Shown here piece by piece: positions 39,574 to 53,329 of a stretch of DNA of 64,000 nt; the first letter of the stretch is position 1, and each line of letters starts with the position of its first letter. Under the pieces are notes generated by a model. That model had not been told where the DNA came from. It made no database searches and saw nothing but the letters and a program-made list of their open reading frames with translations. Source of the stretch: Magallana gigas (taxonomy: Eukaryota); NCBI RefSeq assembly GCF_963853765.1, contig NC_088854.1, forward strand, positions 28,582,001 through 28,646,000. The letters are read 5' to 3'. The position numbers and the translations under genes are program-made.

Positions 39574-42500
39574 TCAAACTGCCTGGACAAGTGAGGGGTC
39601 CTCTCTCAACAACTGAAGAAGGAAACTCCCTATGTCTTCATCCTAAAAAAAATATTATAAAAGTAAAAACCCCACTACTTTGGAGTACCACTAAATATTT
39701 TGTTGCATACAGGTATCGATCTTGCTAGTACTTGCAGGACTTTTCATGACAGTTTTATAGCACATAAATATTGGTTTATTTTCTTTTAAAAAATGAAAAA
39801 TTTGGTCACATATTACATATAGCGTTTGGAAAAATTTGAATTCTTACTTATAATTACAGCTACTATAAACGACATATACATTTCAAATGCTAGTTATAAG
39901 GTGGAAGAATATTGACTCACCTGGTGTGACCATGACACAAGGACTGATTTAGTCTCATCTTCATCTCCAGACACCTGGATCAGGAGAGAATCGGAGATGG
40001 ATATGGAACCATCAGAAGAGTAGTGGATAGAAAAGTCCTTTAACTTCCTGACAAAGGAAAAACAATGTAAAGTCAATACAGTTGAGAGCAAAGCATTTGT
40101 ATGTGATTCCATAAGCTTTAAGATTCTTGGCCCGGTAAATTTTAAAGTTTATTTCCATCCTAGAGATAAAAATTCTTAATACTCTACATGTTAATTGATA
40201 AAGAGATAAATTTCACTACCCAGGTATTTTACAAAGTTACAGCATTTTTAATTATGCAACCATCAAAGACATTTATACAGCTAGTTACCATATGTAAGGG
40301 AACTTCTTGGTGGCTTCATAACTAAAGTTTGTCAAGCTAAATTTCCATTAAATGTCAATTAATCCACACAATTAAGAGTACCTTTTGACCAGTTGGTAGA
40401 TTTTCTCGGCCACTTTGTTGGAGGGCCCCTCCTCCTCTATGCTAATGGTGGAGGTGAACCTGAGGTGGTGCTCCTCGACCCCCATCTCCTTCAGTGCCTG
40501 GCTCGGGTCAATGATCTGGAGACGCTGGTACCAAGTAACAATATAAAGAGTTATACAGCACTACGGTAGAAACAGAGATATATAGGACTGAGTGAAGAAA
40601 CAAATATAAATCATTGCATGGTACAAGTATCAGGAGAAACAGACATATAACACCACATAAATCCCCTATAGTATAGCTATTAAATGAAACATGGACATTG
40701 CACTACACTTCTCCTACTAACAAATTTTTTAAAATATACTTTACAAAAAGTTTCATCCTCATTTTTAAATGCAAAATGTGTCATAAACCAATATTAACAA
40801 GTGTTTGGCTAAATGATTTGAACATTTTGTTATTCCCTTATAGTCCTTTTAAATCATACTTTTCTACTTACATTTCCTCTCATAACCAATGCTCCATGTA
40901 AAACTCTTGGTCTTTTGGCATCAGGGGGAAGTAATCCTGAAAATACAATCATTCAATATAACTTTCATCAATGAAACTAAATATAAAAGGTTATGTACAG
41001 AAATTTCCAACCCATATTCAATTTATCCAAACCTGTTTTAGATGCTTCCCTCTTTAACAAAGAAAGTGGAATATCAACATGGATATTGTGTGTTGTTTCT
41101 ATTGTAACAGATTCTCCATTGGCTGGTTTGTAACAATCAATGCCTACAAATATTATACATATTAAAGTTAAAACTGATATTCAATAATTAATTAACATTA
41201 TACATAAGTATACTCATATTCAATTAACAATTAACAAGTCACTGGCACTACTTTTATATAATTTACCAGAAATTTGCAAATAAACTGTATACTGTATATT
41301 CCTAATTAAACATAAGCACTTAATTTTCACTAAAACGGTATGAAGCTTTCCTCATGGATTCTAAATTTTCACCATTATTTGTAATAATTGCAATTATTTC
41401 AAAAAATCAAATGCTTAAAATACCATGTTCTCGTAATTTGAATCATGTACAAAATATTACAATGGCAGAATGAAAAACTCCTGTCAAATTCTTTTAAAAT
41501 AATGAATCAACAAAACTTTACCAAACTCCTGCTGGATTTTGTTTTTTAGGAAGTCCATCTTAGCCGCCTCTCCGTGGACCAGCATCACGTTCCTGGGCTC
41601 ACACTGAGAGATCAGCTGCATGATTCCTTTAGCGTCAGCATGGGCACTGAAGGACATGTACTGCACAGAGAGCTTCACATCCAGCTGATACAATACAATA
41701 CATCACAAACTAGAGAGCATTCATCACAAAGGGCCTATTGGCCTTAGATAAATAATTTCCCACTGGCTGTTCTAGGAAACTAGGGAAATATCCATATCAA
41801 AAATGTTACAAAGAATTTTTCTTTTAAAGTTTTCAAAGGTTACAAAAAGTCTTAATTAATTCACATGCATGTAATTTTGGATCTGATACAGAAATCCATG
41901 TACAATCTACCATTATCAAATATTACCACATGATTATCAAGAAATAAGGGAAATAATGTAAAACAAAAAATTACAGACCATTCTGAGGCAAATAAATTGA
42001 TCAATTTTTTTTTCATTTAGAAAACTGTAGCTCTAAAGTATGTCCATCCAAATTTTCCTATAGGGCTGCATTTCTATAGCTAGGCTACTTACAAAGTCAT
42101 CAAAGTCAAGTTCTATTTTCTTAAAGAGGTGGTGTGATACTACATTGTAGTACATGTACTTACGATTTGTTTGTTTTCTAATTCTAATTTCCGAGCTCCA
42201 TTCAGAATTTTATGTCCCACAGTTCCTGCTACACAGTATCCAGGCATTATGACCTACAGAAAAATATGCTTATACACTTAATGATAATAGTGGAAATAAA
42301 GCTGTGTAAATTAAATCTACAAGCAAAGATAGATTCTCTAAGCCCTGTGAATTGATATGGATTAATACCCACGATATTATAAAGTCCAGTGTATCAATAT
42401 TAGAACATTAGCAATGAACATACCATGTTGAGTTCATTAGGGGCCCATTTCTTGAAGATTTGTAGAGACAGACCAGCATGCAACATTCCAGGGGTAGCAA

Positions 42501-45500
42501 AGACCACCATTGGTCCTGGATTGTCTATAAAAGCTCTGTCAAATGGCTGATAAACCAAGCATATAATCACATGAAAACATTTTGTGTATAATGTAACAAG
42601 GTATTTCTTGATCCATTACAGTGAATGATAGACAGCAAATATTTTTTTAATAATGTTCAGGATTGCATGTGCATTGTTTAAAAAATATCACCAAAACATT
42701 CAATTTCATAAAAAGAAAATCTAACCAGTGTGATAATCTGATAATTAAAATGGTAACATTTAGTTATGCTTTTACCCCATTATTTGAAATCATCAAAAAG
42801 ACCTCTTTATAGTATGGTACATGCAGTACTGCTCTATTGCAGGACAAATTGACATAGTTTGGTGAAATATGATGTAGCGGCAGTCGTTTAATCTACCTCA
42901 TCAAATTATCTACCAACTAAAACTTTGCCATAGTATACCAATGTGCTCTTCCAGAAAGCTATACCAAGATATATAACAAATTATATTGTAAATGATCAAT
43001 GAAACGTGTATATGTCATAGAGGGTCAGAAGTACATGTACTGATATAAACTAGCTCAAATATTTGCTTCCTACCTTGATATGCTTGAATTCAAACATATT
43101 TCTCTGTACAAAGGTTTTCTTAATCTTCTGACTTGTCCATGTAATAAATAACTTGTAGTAGTGGTTGGCCTGTTAACACAATCACAACTTTTATACACTA
43201 GTAAACAATAATTTCCAATATAATATACCAAGGATTCAAAGTCTACTGGACCTGCAATAATGTTAGCCTCCCAAAATTTCTTTTTTAAATCAGAGGGCTA
43301 CATTATTGCAGCGAAATCAATGCCAAACTGTTTTACCCACCTTTTCAGTGAGACCCAGAGAGAAGTAGATGGGGACTTTGATGTTCATGCGGTCCCAGTA
43401 ACTCTCCAGTAGAATACAGAGTTCTTGTGCTCGGCCCAGAGCAAACACTGGAATCAGGACCTAAAATTTGTTTTCAAATTTGATAAATGATTCTAGATAT
43501 ATTTATCTACATTGATTAAAACTGACCTTTAATACATACACTGTATGACATTGGTATTTTTCTGGTATAATCTAATATTATTATTTTCATATTACATTAT
43601 TACTGTAAATTCCTTATTAAACGCGAGGAATTTATATCCGTGTAAAATTGCAAGAAGTCCCCCTCGCAGATTTTAAAACCTCGCCATTATTTACTGAGTT
43701 GAGAACTGTAAGAAATAAGGATAATTGTTCCACGTTTGCGATTTTATATTATCGCAATCAGCAGGATCGCGGAATTAAGTACTTGTGTAATATAAGGAAT
43801 TTACAGTATAATTATAAAATTAATATTTTCTTGTTCAAGTGTAGGCATATTTTCTTTAAAAAATTTAAAAAGAGATCAGATAAAAAAAAAAACACCAAAA
43901 AGAATGCTTCATGTTGTCCATTCAAGAAATACATATACTGCCCTTTAAAATATACCAGGAAAATACATGTATTTATTCACAGAGCAATTTTTTTCCTACA
44001 CTATACCTTTCCACCTTTCTCCACACAGTCATGAACTTTTTTCAGGAAATCTCTCTCTCTGCATCGCTTGGAGTCGCGTATCGTCGTGGCATAGGTAGAT
44101 TCTGTGATAAGCAGGTCAGGCCGACATTTATCAATCCAAGCTGCACCTAAATGTCTGTCTGGAGTCATGTTATAATCCCCCTATTATCAGATTTTAATTG
44201 ATACATGTACATATGTATAGAATATAAACACCATATTTATATGTGAAAATATTGTTTAAGAGGAGATAACTCTTTAATATTTTGGTTTTTAAGTTTACAT
44301 CAATTCATATAAACAGTAAGTTCAATAACAAAAATAAATCATAACAAAGGACTAAGTGCGGTTTTATGCAATTTTTGCCCCCAAAAATCAAAGTTTTAGA
44401 AAGAGCTTTAAAATAAGGTGAAAGATACTTAAAATCATATTGGAAATAAAGGTGTAAAAGGTTATCACCACAGTGACGTCATAATGTAGAAATGACGTCA
44501 TGAATATTACATTACTTTGATAAATTGATGTTTTGTAGCAAAATATGGGTGTTTTCCGATGGTTATTCGACTGGGAAACATCGAGCGCAGGCTTGCTCAA
44601 GTACTATTTTTTAGTATAATATGTATAACTATCTGAAGAAAAAGATATGTTAAAATCGCACTTGAGCAGACCTGCGCTCTATACTTCCGAATGCAAAATA
44701 TAGTGCAAAAATGTGAATATCTTCATTTGTTTGCAAATTTGCGGGAATTAGGTCATTTAGGTGACGTCATAGATAAACAGAGAGTGAGCAATGATGACTA
44801 AAATCAATATTAAAGTTATAGGCATCCTCTTTACAATGATTTGTGTAGATTTCATTTTTATACGATACTGTTTAAAAATTGGTTGAAATCGGGGGCAGAT
44901 ATTTGACCATACCGGACATAGTCCTTTAATATTCTTATATATAGATTATACATAGACTCTATTACAGAAAATCTTTGCACAGCTTAGAATATACATGTAA
45001 CTACTGTATATACATTGTACTGTATGTATATTTTAGTTTTTACGGAAACAAGTTAATATAAATTTTAAAAACTTTTGTATTAATTGAAATAAATATGTCT
45101 TCATTGTACAACATATCAAGCTATGTGGCAGAAAACTTTGATAGCAATTTTCCTACTAACCGTATACACCACTGATTGCTGGCCTACTTTGATGTGAAAC
45201 ATGGCTGCCCCTAAAACATGACCTGCATAGTAAGCTTTTATCTCCAGCTCTTCATCAACCTATCCAAATAAAGACAGGAAAGACTGTTCAGAGTCCACAC
45301 ATAAAATCAACTTTAACTTTTTGCTCTGCGAGTCTCAAAATGAAATTCAAAAATCATCCATGATTGCATACTGTTCGACAAAGTGAGAAAGATAAATGAT
45401 CAAACCTGTAAAAAGCAAGCCATATTGATAAAAAAAAAAATTACACACATTATCCAATTCTAGATCTGAACAATGAATACTAAACCTGTTTAGTTTCATG

Positions 45501-47929
45501 CAGATTGACCACCACCACTTTTTTCATGCAGTTTTTTATCATTTCAGATGTGAAGAAATTCTCTTCTCCTTTCCGTTCCACTGTTATTTTCCTGTAGTCT
45601 TCCTAGAAAAAGATAGGTTTGGTTTTTTTATCACGAGTTTCATTAGTGATTTGTGCACTATGAACCTTTGTTCTATTTTGAGAAAAAAAAATAATTCAAC
45701 TGTAAAAGTACTGTAACATTACTTGGGCAAAATCATATGAACTGATTTACAGAAAAATTACTTAAACACCCCTAATTACCAGCAATATGGGACAGATGGC
45801 TTTAGTTGGGTGAGTCATGTAGATGGGACCATCATAACCCACCATTTCCGACATGTACGGCAGTGCTCCACAGTGATCAAGATGAAAATGACTGAAATAA
45901 TTATCACAGTTTGATATGAAAATTCACAAAATTTGAGTATTAATTTTTGTAATATTCTGAACCTGCTGGTTCTTTTTACCATACACATACATGTATTGTC
46001 ACTTATTAGCTCACCTAAAGCATAGAGGGGGGCAGAAATGGGGTTGTTATTTTGAAGTCATGACTGCATGAATAGGGAAAAAGTGAAATTATAAATTGTC
46101 AAATGAATGTTCATATGAACTTTGACAGCCTTTACAGGATACATATTTGCTCAATGTTATGACCTAGAAAATTGCATGAATGTACAATTTATCTTCATAA
46201 ACAATTATAGCCTTTTGATGAGTTCAAAACATAGTTTTAAAGAACTGATGAGGGTTCTGTATACATGGCTATTTTCGCCCAATGTAATTTTCGCTATTCT
46301 ACACTTGCAAACAGATTCACCCATCTTGAATTCGCCAAGACACAGTTGTATTTAAAGAGAGATGATTTGAAACATTGGAATTCAGCCAGTCCTAAATTCG
46401 TCCACTAACAACAAGGGCAAATTTTACAGCAAAATAAAATTCTAAAAAATACAGCTCATAATGCTTTAAAATGTTTATTAAGGTTGTTCTTTTGAAAAAT
46501 ACAATACCATGACTATTTGACATTTGTTTTCATGTGTAGAAGAAATACAACGTCTTACCTGATGATAACACAGTCCAAATGATCTGTCAATCTATCTCCT
46601 TCCTCATCAGTGATGTAAGTAAAATCTGGAAATCTTCGCTATAATTTAGACACATCAGTATATCGTAAATGAATTATAATGGAATAAAAATTTTGTTCAA
46701 TCAAAGCATACAGGTTCTCAAAATGAATAATAATTAGTACAGTCAAAAGAGGTCCACTTTTATCTTTATAATCTTATTAAATGACTTTTTGGATTTAGCC
46801 AATAACTATAGTGGCAAATATCAGTATGCATAATGACATCAAATAATGAATATTGATGGAACAGATATGCATTTAATACAAAAATATTCATCAATTCTAC
46901 TTACTTCATCATTGTAGCCCATGTGCATTCCACAATCTAACATGATGTTTTTTCCTCCAATTGTAAGTAAAATACAACTTCTCCCAACATCTGAATTTAA
47001 TCATGAGGGTGTTTAAATCAATACATGTAGTACAGTATTGTTTGTAAAGAGAATTAAAAATTGAAAGAAAAATTAAAGAGAGATAATAGTGAGTGCAGGT
47101 CACTAGCGTGAAGCACCGCCTGGCAAGCACTGCGAGCTCTAACAATAAAGCCTAGGCAAAGAGAAAATTTGAACTATTGCTCCCTTTAATGTACTGAATT
47201 TCTTTCTTATCAGAATTGTATCCATTATTTAGCGTGTATTAAAAATGGCTACCAGTTTCATGTTCCTACGAGAACAGGTAAAAATGAATTTCAAGACCTT
47301 CATGTACTAAAAAAGTAAATAAAACATTCTGCTACTCATTGTTAATTCTCATGAAAGTTTTCAAATAGAAAACCAGATGTCAATAAACTTGATATGAAAT
47401 GTAAACTCGGACAACCTAATCACTGTCTTATTAGGGATAAGAACTCTATCTGCATTGAAGTAAACAAAACCGTTAAATCGTACTTGAGATGCAACTATGA
47501 TTACATGTTATTAACAAAGTTCTACTCATTAATAAAAACATTGTGGTAATTTAATGCACTTAGATACTGGCGCGTTAAAGTTATCCTGTTATTAAATAGT
47601 ATTTTCTAAAAAAAAAAAAAAAAACCAATGGACAAACAAAATGTTTTTTTTAACTTTTTATCACATCGAATCATGTTGCCCTCGCCCAAACGGTCGTAAC
47701 CAGAATCATATCAATAATAACAGAATGTTATACAAACTAATGTCTGAACAAACTGTACTTACCCTGTCCTGCCCCTAAAAAAAAAATGAATGATTCAGCT
47801 TTCAGTACATTTTCATGTTTCTATAAAAAAAATCACAACACATTAACAAAAAAAGAATTCTTTCCTCTCTTTTTCTATCTTTTCACGCTATTCTTTACCT
47901 AAGGGTGTTACTTTGATCTCTGATGCCAT
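39574..47929 (-). CDS. INTS11: Integrator complex subunit 11 (CPSF3L; metallo-beta-lactamase/beta-CASP endonuclease), complete, 605 aa, 18 exons
   Basis: Exons (minus): 47929-47899, 47774-47763, 46990-46905, 46638-46559, 45891-45780, 45602-45486, 45259-45161, 44180-44007, 43460-43341, 43169-43074, 42546-42424, 42253-42164, 41684-41522, 41143-41033, 40936-40872, 40524-40382, 40047-39921, 39642-39574 = 1818 nt, all GT-AG and in phase. Motifs: [71 protein letters not shown]. Confidence 0.97.
43603..43806. mobile_element. Tc1/mariner-type MITE (TA TSD) in an INTS11 intron
   Basis: TA|CTGTAAATTCCTTATT ... ATAAGGAATTTACAG|TA. Confidence 0.75.
44348..44925. mobile_element. TTAA-type MITE, family B, in an INTS11 intron
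   Basis: Imperfect TIR AGGACTAAGTGCGGT / ACCGGACATAGTCCT|TTAA; the left TTAA is degenerate (ACAA). Confidence 0.6.
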
Positions 47930-48012
47930 GTCTTGCTGTTCTAATTTCAAAGAATAATTCTAAATTGAAACTCTTTGCAGTAGGCTGAGTAGCTTCTCGA
48001 CTTCATGGAGGG

Positions 48013-48021
48013 CGCCATGTT
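48013..48021 (-). promoter_or_regulatory. YY1-type motif (AACATGGCG) near the presumed INTS11 transcription start
   Basis: CGCCATGTT on +, 84 bp upstream of the INTS11 ATG; matches the consensus AANATGGCG. Confidence 0.45.
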
Positions 48022-48543
48022 GTAATGAATTCCGCACATCGAACCCGATGGTTTATCAAAGAAAGGAAATAGGGAACACGGTTGAGATTTTTCAAAAGTC
48101 GATTTTCTTTTAATTTCAAGTGGGCTGAAAATCTAAATTTTGAATTCTTTGTTTTAATTATTTTTGTCGGTATCCGAAAAAATCATCCAATTCACAAAGC
48201 ACTAAAGAGCTATATGATTAGTGATCACTTTAATACTTTTTAAATTGTTTGAGAACATATTAAGGAATGATGGAGAGCAGAAAGGAAATTAAAATTTCTG
48301 AAACTCAATAGAACTGCAAAGAAAATCAACACACAAGTCACAGGCACTGGAATTTATTGTTTATATGAATTAATATAATTATTTAGTATATGTGCATGTG
48401 CGTGTACAATTTAGTAGCTTTATTTTCTATACATTTCAAGAAAATAACGTATGTTGGACGGAATCTGGCTCCACTGTCACCAACTTTCCTCAAGTTAGAT
48501 GTAATACATCAAGAATTTGAGCTGAGGACTGAGATAAGGGATT

Positions 48544-48645
48544 TGTCATGTTGTAAATTTTGAATTTACCGGGTGGCAGTAAATTATCATGTTGTAAATT
48601 TTTTATTTACTGCCACCCGGTAAATTCAAAATTTACAACATGACA
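48544..48645. repeat. Perfect 41-bp inverted repeat with a 20-bp spacer
   Basis: 48544-48584 (TGTCATGTTGTAAATTTTGAATTTACCGGGTGGCAGTAAAT) is the exact reverse complement of 48605-48645. Confidence 0.95.
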
Positions 48646-48768
48646 GAATTATAAATTTTGATGACGGGGCTTGATTTGCTTTTTTTAACCTAATATTATG
48701 TAGCACTTTGTTAGTCATTTTACTTGACTCAGTAAAAATGACCCGAACTATTGAAAAAAAAAAATTAA

Positions 48769-48905
48769 NNNNNNNNNNNNNNNNNNNNNNNNNNNNNNNN
48801 NNNNNNNNNNNNNNNNNNNNNNNNNNNNNNNNNNNNNNNNNNNNNNNNNNNNNNNNNNNNNNNNNNNNNNNNNNNNNNNNNNNNNNNNNNNNNNNNNNNN
48901 NNNNA
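48769..48905. other. Assembly gap (137 N)
   Basis: Run of N in the sequence. Confidence 1.
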
Positions 48906-50634
48906 GGCTTTATAGATATTATCATTTACCTATATTTATTGGCTATGAAGACGATAGAAAGTTTTATTTTTCCCGACACAGCAACTATTTCACGAGGCGA
49001 ACAAATTAAATTAAGTTATTGGACGCTGATTTTAACGTAGCGACTCGGGTTACACTAGAGGTGTCCGAGTTTAAAAACGGGGGAAATCGAATGCCGCTAG
49101 TGAATAGTTTCGACGACTATTCACCATGGGCAGATGATACGGAAACTATTAATTTCACGGTTAGAAAGAATATTATGTTTATTCGTTCTAATTTTACATA
49201 AAAAAATATCCACAGAGGTATACTAAAAAAAGTTATAACATAAAAAGAATAAGTGATATATTCTTTATTCAATTAGCTATGTGAATAATTCATTTGACCA
49301 GACAATGGCGTTTCATTCATAAAAGTCGAATTCAAAGTCGCATCGAAAAGTGCAATCATGAATCATGTTTCAAAGGCGGGTCTATACCCCAAGGAACATG
49401 ATTAGCGAAATCCCTGACCTGTTATGAGGATGACTTCCATTGCGATACCGTTTGTTCCCACCACGCAAGCAATAATGTAGAAAACAATACCAGACAGGTT
49501 GAACCACTCGTCTGAACCCCTATCGATGTATGAGATACTAGTATTATTATCTTTTCAATGTATGATATTTTCGTTATATGATATTTTTACTGTGGAATTA
49601 CCAAATTTTAGTAAAACGCAGTCTCGTGAACCCAAGTATTTGTCTACACATTGTTTTATAATTTTTATCAAGGTACATGTAAATATGGCCTTAAAGATGC
49701 GCTTCATGCCACTTCTGATAAAATAGATTCTCTATAATATATAAAAAAAAAATTAAGGGTTTTTCTAGCAACTCTTCAACATTACATCAAGTAAATTGTA
49801 GCGTTTACTCATCAATTGTCGAATTTTTCATGTTGCATTTTTGTCTCTGTTTGTCCCTTGATATATGTCAATATATCTAAGTATGTAAAAACATACATAG
49901 AACATGCCCCTTTGTTTTTGAGTACCTGTCGTCATAATGTACATTTTAAATTTAGTACATTTATCAAAAAAAATCCTATATGACAATTGTGCTTGAATTG
50001 TTACATGTATATATTTGTGAGGTAAATGTATGATACTAAATATTTATAAAGAAACAATGATTGAATACATTTATATGTAATTTTACCATTGAAAGCAAAA
50101 GGTGTCAATTCCAATCTAACACCTGTATTGAAAAGGTACTTAATCAGTTTTGAAAAAACTAGTTTAATTTGGTCGAGGGGGGGGGGGGGGCATTTACACG
50201 TGGCACAATTTCCATCTTGCATGATTGATGAAGGCAGCAGAAAGAATTTTGCATCAAATTTTTTTTATTTTCTATGCAAAATATACGTAACGTGATATTA
50301 TAAAATTAATTATACAATGAGAAATATACAGCTGATCATGTAATAATGAAGTAAAAAAACGTATAAAACAGATACTAATAGTCATCGGAACAGAATTCTG
50401 GACAGCGGCGGAAGGCTCTTTTGATATCATCCATGTCAACAGTTCCCTGTGAAATAAAAATTTGCTTACCTCGTCATTTGAACACGGTTTATAGCATAGA
50501 CAGAAATTTCAAAAACAGATTTTTTTAAGAAGGCTCGGTGGTTAACGAATTAACCATCAGATCTACACAATATTTCAAGATATGAATTTTTTACCTATAC
50601 ACCATTAGAAATTCCACAAATTTTGACTTCTTAA

Positions 50635-51131
50635 AGGGGCATGGTCACGATTTTGGTCAGATTCTATGTTTCTGTTTTTATTATTTTATTATGCTTTAGG
50701 AATGCATTTCTAGTTATGAAGTGAAATTTGAGAGCCAGTTGTAGAGTTATAAGCAAGATACAGGGCTCACAATTCCTTGTCATGTAAACAAGGCTCGTGT
50801 CCTGTTTTTGTTTACATAGGTTCATTATACCAGTAAAACATCTTTTTTACGTTGATTTGTCTGTCTACTTATCCATTCTAAGGATAAATAAACAGTTCCT
50901 AACGTTTAACACATTCATTTTAGGTCTAAAACTGGAATTTTCACTTCTACATTCAAAATGTAAACAAAATCTGTGTTTACATAGCAAAGAAATAATGCAA
51001 GCTCTGTAACTCGCTTATAACTCATCGAATGGCATTCAAATTCGAAATAACTATTAAAAATGTCTTAGTGAAGCATTATAAACATTAAGATCGGGAAGAT
51101 AATTTTTGACCAAAATCGTGACCATGCCCCT
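50635..51131 (+). mobile_element. Family A MITE (TTAA, Kolobok-like)
   Basis: TTAA|AGGGGCATGGTCACGATTTTGGTCA ... TGACCAAAATCGTGACCATGCCCCT|CTAA; 25-bp perfect TIR. Confidence 0.88.
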
Positions 51132-51889
51132 CTAAGTTGAATATTTTCCTATATTTTTATACAGAACTCTTCTTCTAAAGGAGATCAATACAGTCTAAAG
51201 AGGGTCACAGCCATCGAGCCCTCTTTAAAAAAACACACATCAGATTGAAAAGTATCAATACCTCATTGTGGTTATAACTCAAAATTGATGGTAAGAAATT
51301 ATCAATTTATAACGAAACTACATTGATTTATTCGAACTTATTAATGCAAATCTACATGGTTCAAAGTAAAGTAAGTTTTTCATTACGTAAATAGTTTCCA
51401 GATTAACTCTGCCCTGGAATAGTAATTCGTAAGCCATGTCGCAGTTAGTATTTGTTTTGGCTGAAAAATAAAAGACGAAAGAATTTATTCAAATGAAAAC
51501 GTTTTAGAAAAAAAACCAATACATTTCATCGTTATCATGAAGATATTGCACGTAGCAAAAGATTGAATATTCTAATTTAGGGTCACATAAACGCGCTAAA
51601 TACACGTAGAGTATTTAGATGGACATCTGCGTTTCAGAGCCATTTGTTTCTTTCAATGCGAGTGCTAGACCTAAAGTATCCTTCGTATGAACACTATTTC
51701 AAATTCATGTATAATTATAAATTGCACCACATGTATAATATAATGAATATACACATAGTGTCTAGTAAGGTAAACAAAAAATCAAAAACAAAGGTAGTTA
51801 TTTTTTTTTATCCGTTATGCGCATCCTGCCGGTGTTTCATTGAATACCATGAATATAAAGAAATAAGGGAAAATCAAATGCTTCCTTAA

Positions 51890-52268
51890 GGTGCCTCACT
51901 ACACCTTGAAATAGTTTCTCAAATCAACAGAAAATTACTTGATTATGATAGATAGCATGATGGATAAGAAGTATATGTGTCAAATAGGCGAAAAAATGTT
52001 CAATTTAGATAAAAAAAAAATGATATTTTAAAAAATTCCATTCAGTAAACATGAACAAAAGCCCAAGGCGGATTCGAACTCATGACCTGCCGTTCACAAG
52101 CCCGATGCCTTTTTTTTATCCTTTACAATTTAAGCCTGATACTTTAACCATTGAGCTATTACGATATACATCTGAATAGATTAATACAAACAGTTTAACA
52201 AAACATCTAAATCGCTATCTTGTGACGTAGTGTCTTAAACAGTATAAGTCGCGGTGTAGTGAAGTACC
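51890..52268. mobile_element. TTAA-flanked MITE, family C, carrying a tRNA-derived segment
   Basis: TTAA|GGTGCCTCACTACACC ... GGTGTAGTGAAGTACC|TTAA (14/16 match). On the minus strand, TAGCTCAATGG and GAGTTCGAATCC boxes lie at 52061-52159. Confidence 0.8.
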
Positions 52269-53329
52269 TTAAGGTGGGTCTCTACTTGGCGTTTTGTTTT
52301 TTGTTTTTTGGTTAAGGGATTTTTTTTTCTCTTTAAAGTAGGAGTTTTCTCGATATCCGACTTACATGTTATTTTGAGGAATTCATGAATTTTTTCTCGC
52401 AGTCAAACAGACCATATTACCAAATGATAGTCTCATCTTAATCAAATTTGACCATCTTGTTTTCGCATGAAGGTCAGGTCAAGGTCACAATCTTTTTCCT
52501 CAACATACAGGATAATAAAATAGATGTACATGTAGTTATCTGTAGTTATCTGTTTAAGATGTGAAATTTCTATTCTTCAAATGATAAAATATCACAACGT
52601 CTATCAGTTTATAAAACTTAATTGAAACAAATATATATTTTAAATTGATATTGCTTAGCGTGCATATCCTCAAATTTTCTTAAATTCTGAAGATATTTGA
52701 TTATTTTTCTATGCTTCCAATATTGATATATTTCTGATCTTTACATATTATGAAACATGTATATAAAGATATCAGTTGACAGAAAAGCGAATATACTGAC
52801 CATTTAGTAAGAGAGAAAATCCGGTTTTATTGGCTTTTCTCTACACAAATCTATTTATAGAACGAGCACTTAAAAAACTTATAAAATATAATTTGATAGG
52901 AAAAAATTATTTCAAAAACAGATTCTGAAACCAAAATATCTTATTATTAGTTCACATTAGTTGAAAAATCCAGCATAAAATGTTACTGTTTTAAAAGAGC
53001 CAAATAGGCTCATAAATGTACAGTAATTTTGAATTACAAAATCGTGATATTTTTTCTACTCCAGTGTTCTGCAAAAGCTAATGTTCTTGTTAGATTCTAA
53101 AATTTGATTACATTTTTTTACGCCCAATTGTATAATAGTAAGAAAGAAAAAATTGATCTTTTAATCCTCTCATCTTATTTTAATGAAAATTCAAATGTAC
53201 TTTTGATATTTTGACAGGTCAAAATCTAGACAAGACTCCTCCCCTAAATTTAAAATTTGACAAATGTTGTATTTAACAAGCAAAAAACAAAACAAAAACA
53301 ACCTTAACCAGTAATTTTTCCAATCTTCA

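Noticed and set aside
50380-50480. Possible minus-strand exon GTVDMDDIKRAFRRCPEFCSDDY*
   Set aside because: The nearby GTAAGC donor would imply a 23-nt intron, no partner exons were found, and there is no recognisable homology.
52061-52159. Functional tRNA-His gene
   Set aside because: The anticodon stem does not pair, a ~30-bp insertion disrupts the D-arm/anticodon junction, and it lies within a MITE.
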